A stretch of 64,000 nt of DNA, taken from contig JAQGDQ010000189.1 of assembly GCA_030141605.1 (NCBI GenBank), positions 248,001 through 312,000 on the forward strand, in the 5' to 3' direction. Below, piece by piece: positions 60,061 to 64,000 of the stretch. Position numbers and translations under genes: made by a program. The notes below the pieces were generated by a model, which saw only the letters and a program-made list of their open reading frames with translations, did not search any database and was not told the origin of the DNA. The stretch comes from Tubiluchus corallicola (taxonomy: Eukaryota; Animalia; Priapulida). Position 1 is the first letter of the stretch, and each line of letters begins with the position of its first letter.

Positions 60061-63000
60061 GTAACACAGTTTGATAATGGTAATCACCTGCATTCTTTTT
60101 CCCCAGTAATCTTAATAAAACGTGACTAGGCTCAACAGGTTACTGAACACTTTATAATCATGATCAGTTTTTCTTAGTTCTCGCTCCATTTCATCTTTCA
60201 TTCACTACCGCCCACTTTCATGTATATATTATCATTATTTCAATTATTAATCATTTCTTTAAGATTTCCACGTACAGTTTGGACTGTCAAGTTATGCTTT
60301 TAGGCTCAAACTGTATGCATCAAAATTATTCTGTAATGTAATTTGCACATGTATATGCTGCATAAGAATCTCTTTTGTAATTTCTGGATTATATTGCATT
60401 TATGTTTATAAACTTCAGTGAAATTATCTGTATTTTTATTATAACTGTTAGATGCAGAGTGGAAATAAATAAACTTAGAACTTATACCATGGAACGCTGT
60501 ACAGTACGAAAAGATGTCTCTTTTTCTGAAACCCATTTCGTCTTAGCCTCATCATACAGTTAGATTTTCAGTATCAGATATCAATGAAGTCCTAAATAGA
60601 ATATGAAATGTACTCAACCCAAATTAAAATAAATGATAAAATTTAGTAGCAAAGCTTTCGTGTGCATTTAAGATCGTATTCATGCTCACAAGGGTATTGC
60701 TAGTTCGCACAAGGGTATCGCTAGTTCGCATCCTAGGAACAAATTCGCGTCTGTACTTTACGGTTGGGTTGGCCTACATTTTCATTCATTCGATCAAACG
60801 TTTGATTCATCTCTTTGAGGCAATTTGTCATCATCAACGTGGCTCTCTTAACGATAAAGAATCCTCTAATTTATCAAGCAGCACATTAACCGCTTGCACG
60901 CACACTAGAGAATTATTATCAACGCTGACACACAAGCGATGAGCAACACTTCAGCTCGCTAGGGAGCACTTTTTCCAGGTCACTGGCCTTGATGAAACGC
61001 AGCACTGTCCCTCCCCGGGGTGTCTACTGCAAGGTCAGTATCCTTCTCCGGACAATAAGAGTTTTTCCTCCCGAAAAAAGAAAACACTCTTTAGCGGAGT
61101 AATCTTTCAATGTTATTGTAATAAATAAGTGTGGAACTCAAAGCACTGCTTGTAATTTGTCTTTAATGACCATGCATACAAAAGTAGCTGATGTCAGAGC
61201 AAAGACACATTCTCGTAAACAAACATGTGGTTATCCGATTTATCCCGTGAACTCACAAACCATGGCAGTTCTATTTTACTTTGTTTTTACTTTAAATTTA
61301 TTTCATACTTTAAGCATTACATAACATTTAAAAACACTCAACTATACCACAAAATTATTATGGAAACTAAGAATATATTTACATACATGTATATACATGC
61401 ATACGCACCCATACACAAAACACAAATGCACAAGACAAATCATTAAAAAAACAAGATACAGAGGCAAAAAACTCAATGAAAATCATAATATTATTTATCA
61501 ACAATTATCAATTCGAAGTTTGAAGTGTCCAGGAAATCTAGGGTATGCTACACGCTAGACAGTTAAAGGAAAAGTCAACCCTTCTAGGCGGTTAGGCTTA
61601 TTTCAATATTCACAAAAAATGCTAGAAGGATTTAGTAATAAAGCTGCAATAAGCGCCTCGTGTAACTAGTAAAGTCACTTGAAAGTCGCGATCATTTCCT
61701 GCTCATTTTCAATGTCCATTTTTCCTTCAATGACGTCATTGGTCTTGAACGAAAGTAGCGCACAGTGTCAATATTCATCAAAAGTACAAGGTTTTACAAA
61801 AAATTAAATTTCATAATATTTTTGCGTGAACATTAGGTAAGTTATAGAAGTAAGAATGAGTTTAAGCAGCGCGCGCTTACGGAAAGGCACGAAGCGCTTA
61901 CGAAAAGTCACGAAGCGTCCCCGTCATGATTTTCAAGTGAATGGCAGCCACTACGCCTGAAAGTCTAGTAACGTTAATGCATTCTCCTGACGAACATCAA
62001 CACAAATTTTAGCAAACATTACAAAACCAACAGACGTAGTAATTACGTTATCACTGCCTGTAATCATCAAATATTCAAACATTGCAAATGTGCGTGTTGA
62101 TGACGAAGATTATGTTAATGATGACATCATTTCATTAAAGCTGTGAATTCATTACTGCGTTTCTTCAAATCTCTGAGTAAAAAAACGTATATTGCTTACT
62201 TAAACTGTTCACTGTTTATTGCTGTGGCAGTTCGATTTTTAACTTAAAGAACAAGTAAAGGGGCATCTGAAGTGGTTTCAGAAAAATTGCCTCAAAAAAC
62301 TATATTATTTTACAGCAATTTTATGCATGTATCGTACTCGCGATGGAAGGATTTCTTGTTTGTTTTCATTTTAAATCTCTTGTAATACTGTTTCGACCGC
62401 GCCATTACATGACGTCACATGCGCACAAAGTAAATCACGTGAAGAAACGGAAATGTTAAACTATGTCACAAGAAACTTCCTATTGAAAGTTATATTACTT
62501 AGCATTTCACTTACCTGCTTGAAAGATTTATGTAACTAGAAAAAAAATTATTAATTATTTAAAATGTTTTCACCAATTGGTAAAGTGTCGCTGACTCACT
62601 CTCCAGGGTGCGCCACTTACTCACGAAAAATGTATTTTTAATCTTATTGACAAGATACAGTAGTTCAAAATTTTAGTTAGTTAGTGACGTGTGCGCTAGG
62701 AATGCTCTGATTACTTTTTCAAACTTTACACAATCTTATCTAAATTTGTTTCAAATAACTTATCGTCAAAATGGCTGCGCCCAGCGATCACCGGCAGGAG
62801 TTTAAGCTTACACGTTTCATACAGCGTTACTGTTAAAACAAGCTCTCTATACAATAAGACAGCATTTAAAGGATATTTCAAGACTATTTTTAAGCTGTAT
62901 ATGTGAGGGGTGTTTTCTTGTGCTTTAAATAAAGCCGGCATTGAATGATTGAGACATTTAAGATAGCACAGAATCACGCTGTGCTATTTACTCCTACACA

Positions 63001-64000
63001 TTATGAGGCCAATATATTATAGTGTTATCAGAGAGGCCCATTGTCCAATCCATCAAGTTGCATGACTACTGCTTCAGCCTCTCTACTCAAGGTTGTGCAG
63101 AATCTCAGTACGAAGTCTAAATTGGTCTGTTTGTCCAATTAGCTGTGTATTAAGCTACGGTATTAACCCAGTTATGTCACAGATTAAGAGAGGGAGGGAC
63201 TGAGTACTAGAATTAGGCGTATTTACGCAACTTAGCGAGTCTTTGATTGAATGGAACGTGAAGACGAGATGAGGACCATTTTGCCGCGGGAGGGGGGGAT
63301 TCTATAACTCTAAACTGTCCCCTTGCAGAAAACTTCTTCAAATTGTTCTATACGAGGCGAGGGAAAAATACGAGTGTTTGCCGTCTGTAATAAGCCTTTT
63401 CGCACTTCCAGCGAGTGATGATGATCGCGAAAGGTCTAAGGTTAAGTGTAACAGACGAATATGCGTACACTTGACAACGCTTCGCAGCCCATGTTATGGT
63501 AAACGTAATTAGGAAAAGGGACGAATGTAAACTATAATGCATAATTAAGTAAAGTTACTGAACTAATGCGGCAGACGGTTTTGCTTTACCCACATGTCAC
63601 ATGACGGCTGTAGTTAAGACTTAATCCGAATCCTGCTAATCCCAATCTCGCTAATCCTACATTAAAGATGCTTCATCCCCCCCCGGCTCATTATAAACTA
63701 TAGATGCTTTACTGGGAATTTCTCATCACAGAAGTGGGGAACGGTCATCCTGCAGAAGACCACTGCCAACTGACCACACCTGGACTGAATCAGCCACTGA
63801 CCACTTCATTCCCGTTGACAAAAATCAATCGGCGACAAGTCAATATAACGAATTTCATTTCATCAACGTCAATGCCTGCAAGGCACTGGGAGAAACCACT
63901 AAGAGAGGCTGAGGATGAAGCAATCACACTTTTGATGCTGTGGGAAGCTGAGGAAGAAGCACTCAGACTTGTGACGCTCAGGGAATCATTAAACTCGCTA

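Overview
Eukaryotic (animal, intron-containing, AT-rich, transposon-littered) genomic DNA. The 5S-like sequence suggests an invertebrate, possibly a lophotrochozoan (inference). Splicing GT..AG exons by hand with phase checks gives four genes and one pseudogene: (1) FAM162/UPF0389 (minus, 3 exons); (2) an intronless, disrupted DHRS4-like SDR (minus); (3) a complete 10-exon, 549-aa firefly-luciferase/4-coumarate:CoA-ligase-like ANL adenylating enzyme (minus, 11136-32573); (4) a C2H2 zinc-finger array nested antisense in intron 2 of that enzyme; (5) an 11-exon SASH1-like SH3-SAM-SAM scaffold (minus, 35903-58601). The main point of interest is the luciferase-like enzyme. Its adenylation motifs are intact, but its A8 (second half-reaction) loop is replaced and lengthened, its substrate-pocket motifs are remodelled, its A10 catalytic-lysine motif is tandemly duplicated, and it ends in a PTS1-like TRL. 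It sits next to an SDR that also ends in TRL and shares an upstream ~400-bp block with it. Other oddities are two 5S-rRNA-headed SINE-like elements, a minisatellite built from an authentic splice donor, and a MITE interior amplified into a tandem array. No function or bioluminescence can be proven from sequence alone.
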